IMG/VR virus record: IMGVR_UViG_3300005253_000088
Span: 1-52,284 of that record
Origin: a virus
Lineage: Duplodnaviria > Caudoviricetes
Direction: 5' to 3' (one strand)
Length of the DNA: 52,284 nt
The stretch's first letter is position 1. Each line of letters starts with the position of its first letter. The notes beneath the pieces were generated by a model that was given only the letters and a program-made list of their open reading frames with translations, did not search any database and was not told the origin of the DNA. Below are positions 1 to 9,020 of the stretch, piece after piece. Made by a program: the position numbers and the translations under genes.

Positions 1-459
1 GCTAAAGCATTCGATAAAAATTTTACTGACGCTTTAAAAGATCATTTACCAGGTATTAAAAAAAGACTACTTGAGTTAAATAAGATCGCTGGAACTGGTA
101 GTGCCGCTGGCCCAGGTTCAATTGTTGTACGGGGAATTGGTGCCAAGACTGGGCGTACATTAGTTGGTGCTGTATTTGGCTTTGGTGTTGCTGGGGGACC
201 AGGAGCTGCTGTTGGTGGACTATTAGGTGCGTCTATGCCTGAGATGGTAGCTGGGATTTTATCTTCTCCTAAAGGGTTTGCGCTTCTAAAGAAAACTATC
301 GAATTAGGTAATAAGCCAATCTCTGCTGCGACTTGGATTGCTATTGGCGAACTTGTAACACGTGGCTCTTCAGTAAGGCTATCTAAAGGAAAACCTTCTA
401 AGCCATTCGCACGAAAGGGCGAAAATATTGGTTTACCTGTTGCGTCTGAACTAAACTAG
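1..459 (+). CDS. 3' part of an internal virion/ejection protein; probably the same gene that starts at 51176
   Basis: Frame 1 is open from base 1 (AKAFDKNF...GAVFGFGVAGGPGAAVGGLLGASMPE...) to TAG at 457-459. It has Gly/Ala-rich hydrophobic segments like the 51176 ORF. Confidence 0.7.
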   Translation, partial: AKAFDKNFTDALKDHLPGIKKRLLELNKIAGTGSAAGPGSIVVRGIGAKTGRTLVGAVFGFGVAGGPGAAVGGLLGASMPEMVAGILSSPKGFALLKKTIELGNKPISAATWIAIGELVTRGSSVRLSKGKPSKPFARKGENIGLPVASELN

Positions 460-461
460 TG

Positions 462-475
462 GTATCATGTGATAC
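462..475. promoter_or_regulatory. Dispersed palindrome site 1, GTATCATGTGATAC (1 mismatch), intergenic
   Basis: GGTATCATGTGATACC at 461-476, between a stop codon and the tail fibre start. Confidence 0.6.
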
Positions 476-492
476 CTACATTGGAATAGAAA

Positions 493-2181
493 ATGACTGT
501 TAATACACAAGTTAAAAAAGTATCTGCTGTTGGCGATGGAGCAACGAGAACTTTCTCGTTTTCTCCTATAGTCATCTACGCTAACGATGAGCTTGAAGTT
601 ATAACGACTGTGATTGCTACAGGGGTTGAGACAGAAATCTCTCAGGGCTCCAGCTCGACTACCTATAGCATCAGTATTGCGGCCAATGGTTATCCTGACA
701 CCGGCTCTATCGACTACCCAGCCTCGGGGGGTACTCTTATACCTAATACAGTACGGATCAGTATCCGGCATAAGCCTACGATTGAAAACCTTACTGATCT
801 TAGCCCTGGTAAATATGATCCTGCGGTCCAGGAAACTCAGTATGACAAGTTTACCCGGATTATGCTTTTGCTTCAGGAGCAAGTGGATCGCTGTCTGAAA
901 CTTCCAGTGTCTTCCACGGACGTAGCTTCAGCTTTAGTAACAGAAATTGCTACACCTATCAGTGGGGATGGTACTAAAAGCTTGGTATTAAATGCTGCTG
1001 AAACAGCTTTTGCGCTGTCTGTTGCTTCCACCACCACAGGTTCTGCTTCTGATAGTACCCCAGCGGACGTAAACCTTTCAGCGGGTGCTGCTGGGTCTAA
1101 CGCGGCCTATTCACGGGATGATCATGCCCACTTTCTACCTACTACTGTTCCTCGCTTAGCTACAGAAAACGTCTACACCGAAAGCCAAGTCTGGTTTAAG
1201 GGTAGTGATGTAACTGCTGCGGGAGCGATGACACTTGGTGCTGGTAATATATTCGATATCGATGGCTCTACCCCTATAGCTACGATTACAACCATTGGCG
1301 TAGGCACTGTCATTATCTTACATTTTAACGCAGCTACTACTATTACACATAATGCTTCTGATATGGTGTTGCCCGGTGCAGAAGATATCTCTACGTTCGT
1401 TGGTTATGAACTTATGCTTCTTGAGTACGCTACGGGAGACTGGCGTTTTATTTCTGATAATGCAGACATAGCCGTGTATCGTAGGTCATCTGTAGACTTT
1501 ACTTTAAAGACCACTCTTCAAACAGATTTTCATGGAGACACGCTAGACGGAAACCTGTGGAATGCGACAGCAGGTGGGGGCTCTGGTAACGCTGTGGCCA
1601 TGTCAGCGGGGGCTGGAGGTAGGTATAGTCTGCTTACGTCAAGCGCAGATGAAGGCGCTACCCACGCTAACGGTGCTTCAGGCATCAGTAGCGCTGCTTT
1701 GAATTGGCGGGCTGACCAAGGCGGGTTAACTTTAGAAGCTCGTATACAGGTGGACGATATCACAAGCGTTGCCATCTTTGTCGGCTTTACAGATGTGGAG
1801 AGTACGACAGTTGAGTTGCCTATCTTTAAGACTGTTGGTGCTGATACTATCGACAGTGATGCTGTCAATGCGTGCGGGGTTGGTTTTGACACAGACGGTA
1901 CTACTGATCAATGGTTTCATGGGGGAGTGAAAGCAAATACGGATACTGCCGCCACTCATTCCGGCTCTGCTCCAGTTAACGACACTTGGGCTACAATCAG
2001 GGTTGAAGTCGGCCTGTCTGGGGCGGTTAGAGGGTTTATAAACGGAATAGCCATAGGAACTGCTACATTTAGTGCGGTTACAGCTACTACACCCCTTACT
2101 CCTGTTATCTTTGTTTGTCAACGCACGGGCTCTGCGCGTACTTTATTGGTAGATTATATTTGGTGTCAGGCTAGCAGATGA
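493..2181 (+). CDS. Tail fibre / receptor-binding protein with a C-terminal ConA/LamG-like domain
   Basis: N-terminus GDGATRTFSF...YDP...E...DK.T...Q is typical of podovirus fibre attachment domains. The C-terminal beta-rich domain ends LLVDYIW. The gene is last in the morphogenesis arm. Confidence 0.75.
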   Translation: MTVNTQVKKVSAVGDGATRTFSFSPIVIYANDELEVITTVIATGVETEISQGSSSTTYSISIAANGYPDTGSIDYPASGGTLIPNTVRISIRHKPTIENLTDLSPGKYDPAVQETQYDKFTRIMLLLQEQVDRCLKLPVSSTDVASALVTEIATPISGDGTKSLVLNAAETAFALSVASTTTGSASDSTPADVNLSAGAAGSNAAYSRDDHAHFLPTTVPRLATENVYTESQVWFKGSDVTAAGAMTLGAGNIFDIDGSTPIATITTIGVGTVIILHFNAATTITHNASDMVLPGAEDISTFVGYELMLLEYATGDWRFISDNADIAVYRRSSVDFTLKTTLQTDFHGDTLDGNLWNATAGGGSGNAVAMSAGAGGRYSLLTSSADEGATHANGASGISSAALNWRADQGGLTLEARIQVDDITSVAIFVGFTDVESTTVELPIFKTVGADTIDSDAVNACGVGFDTDGTTDQWFHGGVKANTDTAATHSGSAPVNDTWATIRVEVGLSGAVRGFINGIAIGTATFSAVTATTPLTPVIFVCQRTGSARTLLVDYIWCQASR

Positions 2182-2363
2182 TCAAAGACGTAGAACAGAT
2201 AGTAAAAGCTACTTGTGACATAGCAAGTATATCCTGTATCGTGGCCACGTTTATGAATATGCTGCCGAATTTAGCAGCAGGTGCTTCCTTGATTTGGGGG
2301 CTGATTAGAATTTGGGAAACGAAAACTGTTCAAAAACGAATCCGAAAATGGAGAAAGAAATGA
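2178..2363 (+). CDS. Putative holin (61 aa)
   Basis: One to two hydrophobic segments and a basic C-terminus (KRIRKWRKK). ATGA-coupled to the tail fibre gene. Confidence 0.55.
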   Translation: MIKDVEQIVKATCDIASISCIVATFMNMLPNLAAGASLIWGLIRIWETKTVQKRIRKWRKK

Positions 2364-2635
2364 GTGAATTTTTAGATGTAATCAAAAGCGCAGGCCCAGC
2401 TAAGGAAGCTGCTACTGCTGCTTTAAATCAGTTACGCACTGAGTATGAACTTGGTCTTGCGGCTTATAACGATATCTGGGGAGGGGGTACCAGTTCTAAA
2501 ACTGCTATCATGTCCTTGGTAAAGCAGTATGGGCCTATGCTTCTTAAAGCATCAGGCATCGCCCTCCCCGTGGGTATCTTATCACAGCCTGGGTTCTTGG
2601 ATAATATATTAGGTGTGTTTGGTAAGCTATTTTAG
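2360..2635 (+). CDS. Small protein with a hydrophobic C-terminus (possible lysis accessory)
   Basis: ATG at 2360 overlaps the holin TGA, preceded by a GGAG RBS. Begins MSEFLDVIK. Confidence 0.55.
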   Translation: MSEFLDVIKSAGPAKEAATAALNQLRTEYELGLAAYNDIWGGGTSSKTAIMSLVKQYGPMLLKASGIALPVGILSQPGFLDNILGVFGKLF

Positions 2636-3114
2636 GTTTTTAGCTTATCTTGGGGCTCTAGCCCTGGCAGGGGCGGTTCGTCTTCTGGCTCCATCCTCTC
2701 CTTAAAATACTTATCTTGTACTTTGAGATTTGCATCTACTTCTTTTAGTGCGATTATAAAATTGTAGCTCTTATCTTGAGATAAATCTGTGCTTTTTAGT
2801 ACCTCATGTAAATACCCCATGACATTAAACAGCAAACCGCATAAAGCATCTTGAAAGGCAACTTCAGCTTCTGGCCTTTGGCGATGAATAGCCCATACAT
2901 CCATAAAATGCCTCCAAGCTGACTTCATGTAAGAATCAAGAGGCACCCCTTTCTGCCAGTTATCACTATCCCGTATTGACCCGTCAGCCATCTTACGATG
3001 CTTATGAAGATATTGAACATATCGTTGTAATACTAACGGGGATAAAGCTCCTTCATAGTCCAGCTTTCCTTCTTCTGTATCTCTGGTAGCTCCAGTATCA
3101 AATGTTCGTTTCAT
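2632..3114 (-). CDS. DUF5664-like dATP/dGTP diphosphohydrolase domain protein
   Basis: F.TGA.RD...GK.DY, NWQKG.P..SY..SA.RH and ALC.LLFN motifs. Confidence 0.75.
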   Translation of the reverse strand: MKRTFDTGATRDTEEGKLDYEGALSPLVLQRYVQYLHKHRKMADGSIRDSDNWQKGVPLDSYMKSAWRHFMDVWAIHRQRPEAEVAFQDALCGLLFNVMGYLHEVLKSTDLSQDKSYNFIIALKEVDANLKVQDKYFKERMEPEDEPPLPGLEPQDKLKT

Positions 3115-3569
3115 AATTCATCCCCTCTATAGAGTTTTATAACCACATCAGCTTCTCGGAAGGAAATATAAGCTATTTCAAACTGTGCTCCCCATCGTTT
3201 CTTTTGCTCAAGGGTTGGCCTCAGCGCAACCACTCGTTTAATTCCAGCCTGGATTACATGCAAAGCACATTTATCGCAAGGAGGAAATGGCCATGTATAT
3301 ATTGTGTAATTTCTAAGGTCTCTTCGTGACAATATAATTGCATTCAATTCCGCGTGAATAGTTCGGCTTAGCTTTACATTTCTGTTGTTATATAGTACAG
3401 GGTTATCATCCATACCTTGAGGAAACCCATTGTAGGCTAAGATTACTTGTGTATTGTCGGGGCTTACCAACACCGCCCCAACCTGAGTGCTAGGGTCTTT
3501 GGATTTTCTCTCGGCCCAAAACTTAGCTAGCGCTAAATAATCTAAATCCCATCTTGTTTGACTATTCAT
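3111..3569 (-). CDS. dcd: dCMP deaminase
   Basis: SKDPSTQVGA, YNGFP, HAELNAI and PCDKC zinc-deaminase motifs. Confidence 0.92.
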   Translation of the reverse strand: MNSQTRWDLDYLALAKFWAERKSKDPSTQVGAVLVSPDNTQVILAYNGFPQGMDDNPVLYNNRNVKLSRTIHAELNAIILSRRDLRNYTIYTWPFPPCDKCALHVIQAGIKRVVALRPTLEQKKRWGAQFEIAYISFREADVVIKLYRGDEL

Positions 3570-3796
3570 AGTTTTTTATCATCCTTTATTTTATATATGG
3601 CGTTTCTTCCAAATACTCCATCAGTATATCCAGATATTTCATAATTTTCGTGAAAAGCATTTTCAATATCGAAAGATAATTTTATCCATAACCATCCGCA
3701 CCCTAGCATACTTATAGCTATTGGAGTTATAATCCACCACCAATATTCTTGAATAAAATTATAAATAGATTGCATTGTCATTTTTTTAATCCTCAT
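3566..3796 (-). CDS. Small membrane protein
   Basis: One hydrophobic segment (WWWIITPIAISMLGCGWLWI); tightly coupled in the operon. Confidence 0.55.
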   Translation of the reverse strand: MRIKKMTMQSIYNFIQEYWWWIITPIAISMLGCGWLWIKLSFDIENAFHENYEISGYTDGVFGRNAIYKIKDDKKL

Positions 3797-4208
3797 TCAA
3801 CACCTTCAAAAGTTCAAACATTCCTACAACAACATGATCAGCCATCTTGGCCATTAGCTCAGGTTCCTCGCCATCCCTGGTGACGATGATAGTGCACTTG
3901 CCTTGGCCTACCATCCAGCCTAGCTCTAGGTGAGCGGACCTGCCACAAGGTAGCAACAACACCCCTGTATCAGATCGTTCCATAGCAGTGAAATCATTCT
4001 CAAACCCAATCTTAGCTAGTGGGTGAGTAAGAGCTTTAACATATTCATCAGCGGACCAATGAAGATAATCAAGATCGATCTCTTTCCAATTGAATGCTGC
4101 GTTTTGTACCCTGAAGTCATAGACTTCATGACCATCTTTTCGGAGTGCGGCCACATAATAAGGTTGTTCCTCGTTGCGCCAACTAGACGCTAAGTAGATA
4201 TTAGCCAT
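3786..4208 (-). CDS. Nucleoside 2-deoxyribosyltransferase-like (NDT/N-glycosidase fold) protein, copy B
   Basis: IYLASSWRN start, D..AMERSD..VLLLPCGRSAHLELGW with the catalytic-type Glu. Confidence 0.75.
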   Translation of the reverse strand: MANIYLASSWRNEEQPYYVAALRKDGHEVYDFRVQNAAFNWKEIDLDYLHWSADEYVKALTHPLAKIGFENDFTAMERSDTGVLLLPCGRSAHLELGWMVGQGKCTIIVTRDGEEPELMAKMADHVVVGMFELLKVLNED

Positions 4209-4629
4209 AGTTCAGTATCCTTTCTACTAAAGACGGTAGATCAGAATATACACTGTTAGCAAGCCGGTACATCACATCCCAACGGTCAACATCGTCAAGC
4301 AGGATACACCCAGGCTTCCCTTGACCTATGAGATAACCTAACTCAAGATGACCAGACTTACCAGCGGGTAGTACAAGGATGCCCATACTAGCACGGTTAA
4401 GATGATAATAATCATACTCAAATATATGATTAGCAGCAAACCCCTGTAAAGCCTCATCGTAATTATGGCCTCGGGTTTCTTCATATCGTTTCCAAGCATC
4501 ATCTGCGTCTGGGCCACCAGCAAACCAGTCATCAAATACTTCATAACCGGTTTCATCTCGAAGTATCTTACCGATTTCAGGAATCTTTGGATTACGAAGT
4601 GATCCTATGAGGTATATAATCTTATCCAT
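4201..4629 (-). CDS. Nucleoside 2-deoxyribosyltransferase-like protein, copy A
   Basis: IYLIGSLRN and LVLPAGKSGHLELGY. Start ATG at 4629 overlaps the upstream TAA. Confidence 0.72.
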   Translation of the reverse strand: MDKIIYLIGSLRNPKIPEIGKILRDETGYEVFDDWFAGGPDADDAWKRYEETRGHNYDEALQGFAANHIFEYDYYHLNRASMGILVLPAGKSGHLELGYLIGQGKPGCILLDDVDRWDVMYRLANSVYSDLPSLVERILNYG

Positions 4630-6095
4630 TAAGCCCTCCATTTACCATTATAGATCGTGAACAAAGCTCTCTTACCGTTAGGGTATATCAAGCAGTTGGT
4701 GTGTGACCAGGAAGACATACCTTCGTTGTAGCCCTGGTCAAGCTTACCCATCACCCCCACACGGGTAGCACCTTCATCTTCTCCTGCTGAGTGGCCATGG
4801 GCTACGACACACTTACGGCCGGTCTTGGCAAAGGCTCTGAGGTTAGGGGATCGTGATCCGTTCAATCCTATATCACCGTGCATCCCTAGCTCAACGCCTC
4901 CATTAGCATCAGGGCAAACTATGTAGGATTCATCCCGGCGCAGGAACTTGATTGTATTAGGGGTACCTAGCTGTTGAAATGCCCACTCCACCGGATAAGG
5001 TATGTCCTGGCCTTTGGCGATGGCCTCGTAAACGGCAAGGTTGGCTTTGAGGTATAGCCTAGCATTCAAAGGATCAGATCGAAAATCAGTTTCTTTCAGC
5101 CAGCGCACGAAAGCCATATCATGGTTGCTGCATACAACAACACTTTCGCACCATTGCCGGTGCGCCTTATAGAGAAACATATGAGCTTCACCTATTTCCT
5201 CATAAATGCTTAGCTTTTTTTCTGAAGACTTCTCAAACATTTTCCAAGGATCATCACGATCATGGTGGTTTTGGGCTCGGAAGTCTATAAGGTCGTGGAA
5301 TATTTGACGCTTAGGCTCTAACTGATCTAAGATACCCCTCTTGCCCCAAGCTAGCTTTTCCGTGTCATCATCAAGCTGACGCTCATGTATATCCCCCCAA
5401 ATGATAGCTTCAGGGCGGTGGCCAGAAGTAATTTGTCCATTCTTGACCCGAGTATCGAAGTCATAGAAGGTGCCGTCACTGCCCGCCTTGAGCGGACGCA
5501 CGAACCAAGTGCCGTCACTGTCTACCTCCACTAAGACCGCGCCATAGCCATGGTGAAACTCAGCCTTTTGCCCAGCTTTCTTTTGAATGTAGTTGCGAAG
5601 CGTTACCGTACCAGTGGTGTAGAGAAACTTGGTACCAGCGCTCTTAGGTGAAGCTACTGAAACTGTAGCAAATTTACTATGAGGGATGATAGAGGATGCC
5701 CGGCCAGTGTAGCTTTCCATTCCCGAGAGTGGGTTGACAGCAGTAGGCAGGATTTGAAGCTCACCGCACCACACAAGACCGGGGGCAAGGATGATACTAT
5801 CATCACAGATATAAGGTTCTAGTCGCCTGTCCCACCACTCCGGTTGCTTATCGCTTTCTTGGGAAGTCTTACGCTTCGTGCTAACGGGGTTGGTCATCTT
5901 GTTGTAGGTGAAGGTGGCCGCCATTACCCTGGCATTCAGGTAATCAGCAAAAGCCAGGATATTTTTCCAGAGTTGGTCATGAACGTAGGTATTGTTCTGA
6001 GCAGATGTTAGGATATAGTAATGCACTTGCCCCTTAGCTGGCAAGCTTAGCTTTTGTTTTTGTACAATACTATAGGTGCCGGTTTCGACTATCAT
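4629..6095 (-). CDS. T5 A1-like metallophosphoesterase/nuclease
   Basis: GDIH, HDLIDF, SNHD, HGD.G.NGSR, HGHS and GYNEGMSSWSHT...YPNGKR calcineurin-like motifs, in the order seen in A1-type phage proteins. Confidence 0.7.
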   Translation of the reverse strand: MIVETGTYSIVQKQKLSLPAKGQVHYYILTSAQNNTYVHDQLWKNILAFADYLNARVMAATFTYNKMTNPVSTKRKTSQESDKQPEWWDRRLEPYICDDSIILAPGLVWCGELQILPTAVNPLSGMESYTGRASSIIPHSKFATVSVASPKSAGTKFLYTTGTVTLRNYIQKKAGQKAEFHHGYGAVLVEVDSDGTWFVRPLKAGSDGTFYDFDTRVKNGQITSGHRPEAIIWGDIHERQLDDDTEKLAWGKRGILDQLEPKRQIFHDLIDFRAQNHHDRDDPWKMFEKSSEKKLSIYEEIGEAHMFLYKAHRQWCESVVVCSNHDMAFVRWLKETDFRSDPLNARLYLKANLAVYEAIAKGQDIPYPVEWAFQQLGTPNTIKFLRRDESYIVCPDANGGVELGMHGDIGLNGSRSPNLRAFAKTGRKCVVAHGHSAGEDEGATRVGVMGKLDQGYNEGMSSWSHTNCLIYPNGKRALFTIYNGKWRA

Positions 6096-6285
6096 TTTCG
6101 TTTCTTTCTTCTAAGTCTGCTTGGTTATATTGGTCGGTTATCAAATCAACCTCGCACACAGGAAACTCAGGATTGTTAACCATATTCCAAAGTACGCCAC
6201 ACGTTTCACAGTCTGCTCTTGGCCTAAAAATTGCTCTATATAAAGGGTGATCTCCACATCTAACCACAAATCTAGTGTTTGCCAT
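6070..6285 (-). CDS. Hypothetical Cys/His protein
   Basis: C..HP.Y......RADCETC; overlaps its neighbours in the operon. Confidence 0.55.
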   Translation of the reverse strand: MANTRFVVRCGDHPLYRAIFRPRADCETCGVLWNMVNNPEFPVCEVDLITDQYNQADLEERNENDSRNRHL

Positions 6286-6604
6286 CTTCTAGCTCCCGCA
6301 TTATTTTTAGGAAATCTTTAGCTGGTATAACAACCACCCACGGTCTACGGCTCTTACGATGAAACACCAAAGGAACATCGGGTTTCCATTTCTTATCGTG
6401 GTTCGCTTGATCCATCGCTGGCCATAGTTGGAATTTCTCAGTGTATTTGACTTCGATATGGTAGCCGGGGATGTTATGCACTATATCAGGACTGTCCCCC
6501 CCGCCTGCGAACTGCTGGCCACGTCGGGCTTCAAAGCCATACTCACGAAGCAAAGCAGCGACTTCACGCTCACCTCGCTTACCTTTTTGGTTGCTATTCA
6601 CCAT
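6272..6604 (-). CDS. Hjc-like Holliday junction resolvase (PD-(D/E)xK)
   Basis: KGKRGEREVA..L...G..ARRGQQF.GG.DSPDI...HIEVK. Confidence 0.85.
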   Translation of the reverse strand: MVNSNQKGKRGEREVAALLREYGFEARRGQQFAGGGDSPDIVHNIPGYHIEVKYTEKFQLWPAMDQANHDKKWKPDVPLVFHRKSRRPWVVVIPAKDFLKIMRELEDGKH

Positions 6605-6606
6605 TA

Positions 6607-6828
6607 TTATTGCCCATATTTGCTTAATCGTTTTTTAGTGTATTCTACCTTTGCCTTATCAAACTCAGTCTGTAGCTTAAGACACCTAGTTCTTGTATCT
6701 TCATCTAGTATAGACGCATTAACTCGACAAGTTAGAAGCACATTATATTTTCCACGGTCGAGTAAAGAAGGAGAATTATCACATGCAGCTAACATTAACA
6801 ACAATACTAAAGCTGAAATTATTTTCAT
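6607..6828 (-). CDS. Putative lipoprotein
   Basis: MKIISALVLLLMLAA|C lipobox signal peptide. Confidence 0.65.
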   Translation of the reverse strand: MKIISALVLLLMLAACDNSPSLLDRGKYNVLLTCRVNASILDEDTRTRCLKLQTEFDKAKVEYTKKRLSKYGQ

Positions 6829-6831
6829 AAC

Positions 6832-7038
6832 TTAACTTTCCTGTGGCCGGGAAATGAAGTCAATACCGTTTGAATCCCATTCAGGATAAGCATCTATTGA
6901 AACTACCGTCACTAGCAAAGCTTCGTCATTAACGCCTGAGATACCATTGATAACAGTACCCCCCTTGAACCGTTCCCCAATACTATGATTTTCATACTCT
7001 TTATCTGAAACATGATGTACTTCATAATGATGTGTCAT
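6832..7038 (-). CDS. Hypothetical protein
   Basis: ATGA-coupled to the polymerase stop codon. Confidence 0.5.
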   Translation of the reverse strand: MTHHYEVHHVSDKEYENHSIGERFKGGTVINGISGVNDEALLVTVVSIDAYPEWDSNGIDFISRPQES

Positions 7039-9020
7039 TTCCTATACCTCTTTCCAGTCCAGGTTTCAACTTTAATAGGCCAATCTTTGGCCCAATCACC
7101 AGGACATTCATTCATAATCTCAGCAAATTCTTTTTCACTGCCAAAGCCCGCAGGCACTTCGCAAACGATTTCATCATAAACAGTGAGGATCACGTGATAC
7201 CCAGCGTCTTCAGCTCGTTTTACAGCCGGGGCTAGTATCTCTCTGCTGGTGGCTTGCACTGCGTTTTCCGTTAGTTTCCCCCCGTAAGTACCAACCCGCT
7301 TCCACTGCCCCTCTTTATTGGCCATGTAGGTAAGCTTATTCACTGGCTTACAGTTGCAGGTGCCATTTTCGCAGTCTTGGTTAACGGAAGGTTTATGCCA
7401 GTGGGGCATGGACAGCTTCACTTGCGGATCACGGTACCAGATACGCTTGCTGTTTGGCAATTCCATAGCAAGCCATTCATCCACCATCGTAAATCGAATG
7501 CCGTTATAAGATGTTATGATACCTGGATTTTGGACGGCTTCAATAGCATCTTCTTGCAGGGCTTGCCATAGGTTTACAATAGCTGGATGTTCTCCACGCC
7601 AGGATTTACAGATTTTGATAATTCTTTCGTCGCTATGCCTTCCACTATTATCAAACTTAAGCCATGCACCAAGCGCACCCTGATAACCAAATGCCAATTC
7701 CCCGGTTTTCCCGTCCTGTCTTTCTGTCGGATGCGTGGCTTTAGTAACGGTGCCAGGAGGTAAGCCGTAAATTTTATCAGCCATGAATTCATAAATTTTT
7801 ACACCTTTCCTGAAAGCGTCCACTTTCCATTCTTCACCCGCAATACACGCGAGAATAACAGCCTCAACCGAAACGAAATCACCCGAGATAATTTTGTTGC
7901 CTTCTTCTGCCATGATCCAGTGCCGAGACGCCTTAGAAATCGCATCCATGGCGTCTCCGTAGGCGCAATCGAGCCACTCAGCGTCACCATACATGATATC
8001 TCTGACAAGTTGTTCTGGGGCTGTATCCTCAAAGCCGCGAGTGAGATTGAGGGGCTGAAACCCAGAACCAGTGTTTCTTCCTGTCCCGGCTCCATGATAA
8101 CGCGTCTGAAACCGGGCACGCCCGTCCATTCCACGCTGACGGGACATGGCATCGAGTTTTTTAGTTGAAGCTTTGTTGATCCATAGTCGGATTTGAAGTG
8201 CAGTTCTAACAGGGCCACTGGGTAAGTCTCCTTCTTCTAGCAGTTCCTTCAAATAATCAGCTTGCATGTTCTCCAGCTCAACCCCTTCACCTCGGAACCA
8301 ATCCATTAGCTTAGCGGTTTGGGTAGGGTTGAGGTTGGTAAGCTTACGAAATTCTTTTGTCAATTCCTTGCTGCGCTGCTCTACGATCTTGGTGGCCGCA
8401 TCTATTCCTTCTTGATCCAGATAAAGCCCACGCATGTTAATCTTTTGGTCAAGCAAAAATATCTCTAACTCTTTATCAGGAAGATCACCTAACTCATCGC
8501 TGACTGCTTGTTCTAGCTGAACATCCCACTTGCAATAATCGACAAATTTACGGAAATCTTCAGGCGGTATCTCAGTCTTGGCAGTCTTCAGATAAAGCTT
8601 GGAATATTTAGTGATCAGCCTACCACCTTCTGGGTCTTTGCCTGGGAACCCTAGCGCCCGCGCCAATCGATCTAAGGCAGCGGGCATGGCGTAGTAACAA
8701 GCGACAGCCATAGTATCACGCCATTGTTCATCTTTTGGGATAGGCCAATTATAGCGCTTCGACATAATGTTATGCCAAATTGACTTTTCAAATGAAACAT
8801 TATGAGCTTCAATAAGATAGCCATCTTGTAAAGCGCTCTCTAAATCACTGGGTATAAAATACCAAGAGCCTTTCACTGGCCACCACTCCTGTACCGGCTC
8901 GTTATCAATAGCCCAACAAGCACAGATAACTTCAGTCGTGGGGTGCTCGGAATACGCCCAAGCCCCAACTTTAGTTAAATCTGCAAATGATTTAGTTTCA
9001 AAATCTATTGTAACAGTCAT
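7035..9020 (-). CDS. polA: Family A DNA polymerase (APSE-type, 3'-5' exonuclease plus polymerase domains)
   Basis: Exo I IDFET and AHN..FE; YHGAGTGR; motif A GDFVSVEA; motif B RQDGKTGELAFGY; ENAVQA; motif C VYDE. Start set at ATG 9020 (ATGA overlap). Confidence 0.93.
   Translation of the reverse strand: MTVTIDFETKSFADLTKVGAWAYSEHPTTEVICACWAIDNEPVQEWWPVKGSWYFIPSDLESALQDGYLIEAHNVSFEKSIWHNIMSKRYNWPIPKDEQWRDTMAVACYYAMPAALDRLARALGFPGKDPEGGRLITKYSKLYLKTAKTEIPPEDFRKFVDYCKWDVQLEQAVSDELGDLPDKELEIFLLDQKINMRGLYLDQEGIDAATKIVEQRSKELTKEFRKLTNLNPTQTAKLMDWFRGEGVELENMQADYLKELLEEGDLPSGPVRTALQIRLWINKASTKKLDAMSRQRGMDGRARFQTRYHGAGTGRNTGSGFQPLNLTRGFEDTAPEQLVRDIMYGDAEWLDCAYGDAMDAISKASRHWIMAEEGNKIISGDFVSVEAVILACIAGEEWKVDAFRKGVKIYEFMADKIYGLPPGTVTKATHPTERQDGKTGELAFGYQGALGAWLKFDNSGRHSDERIIKICKSWRGEHPAIVNLWQALQEDAIEAVQNPGIITSYNGIRFTMVDEWLAMELPNSKRIWYRDPQVKLSMPHWHKPSVNQDCENGTCNCKPVNKLTYMANKEGQWKRVGTYGGKLTENAVQATSREILAPAVKRAEDAGYHVILTVYDEIVCEVPAGFGSEKEFAEIMNECPGDWAKDWPIKVETWTGKRYRK
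7187..7200. promoter_or_regulatory. Dispersed palindrome site 2, GGATCACGTGATAC (1 mismatch), inside polA
   Basis: Direct sequence match. Confidence 0.5.

Noticed and set aside
493-2635. BPP-1-type diversity-generating retroelement
   Set aside because: The structural module is BPP-1-like, but I found no reverse transcriptase and no TR/VR pair differing at adenines.
2632-9020. Z-genome (2-aminoadenine) pathway
   Set aside because: A DUF5664-like gene and PolA are present, but no PurZ/PurA homolog or HD-domain DatZ is recognisable.
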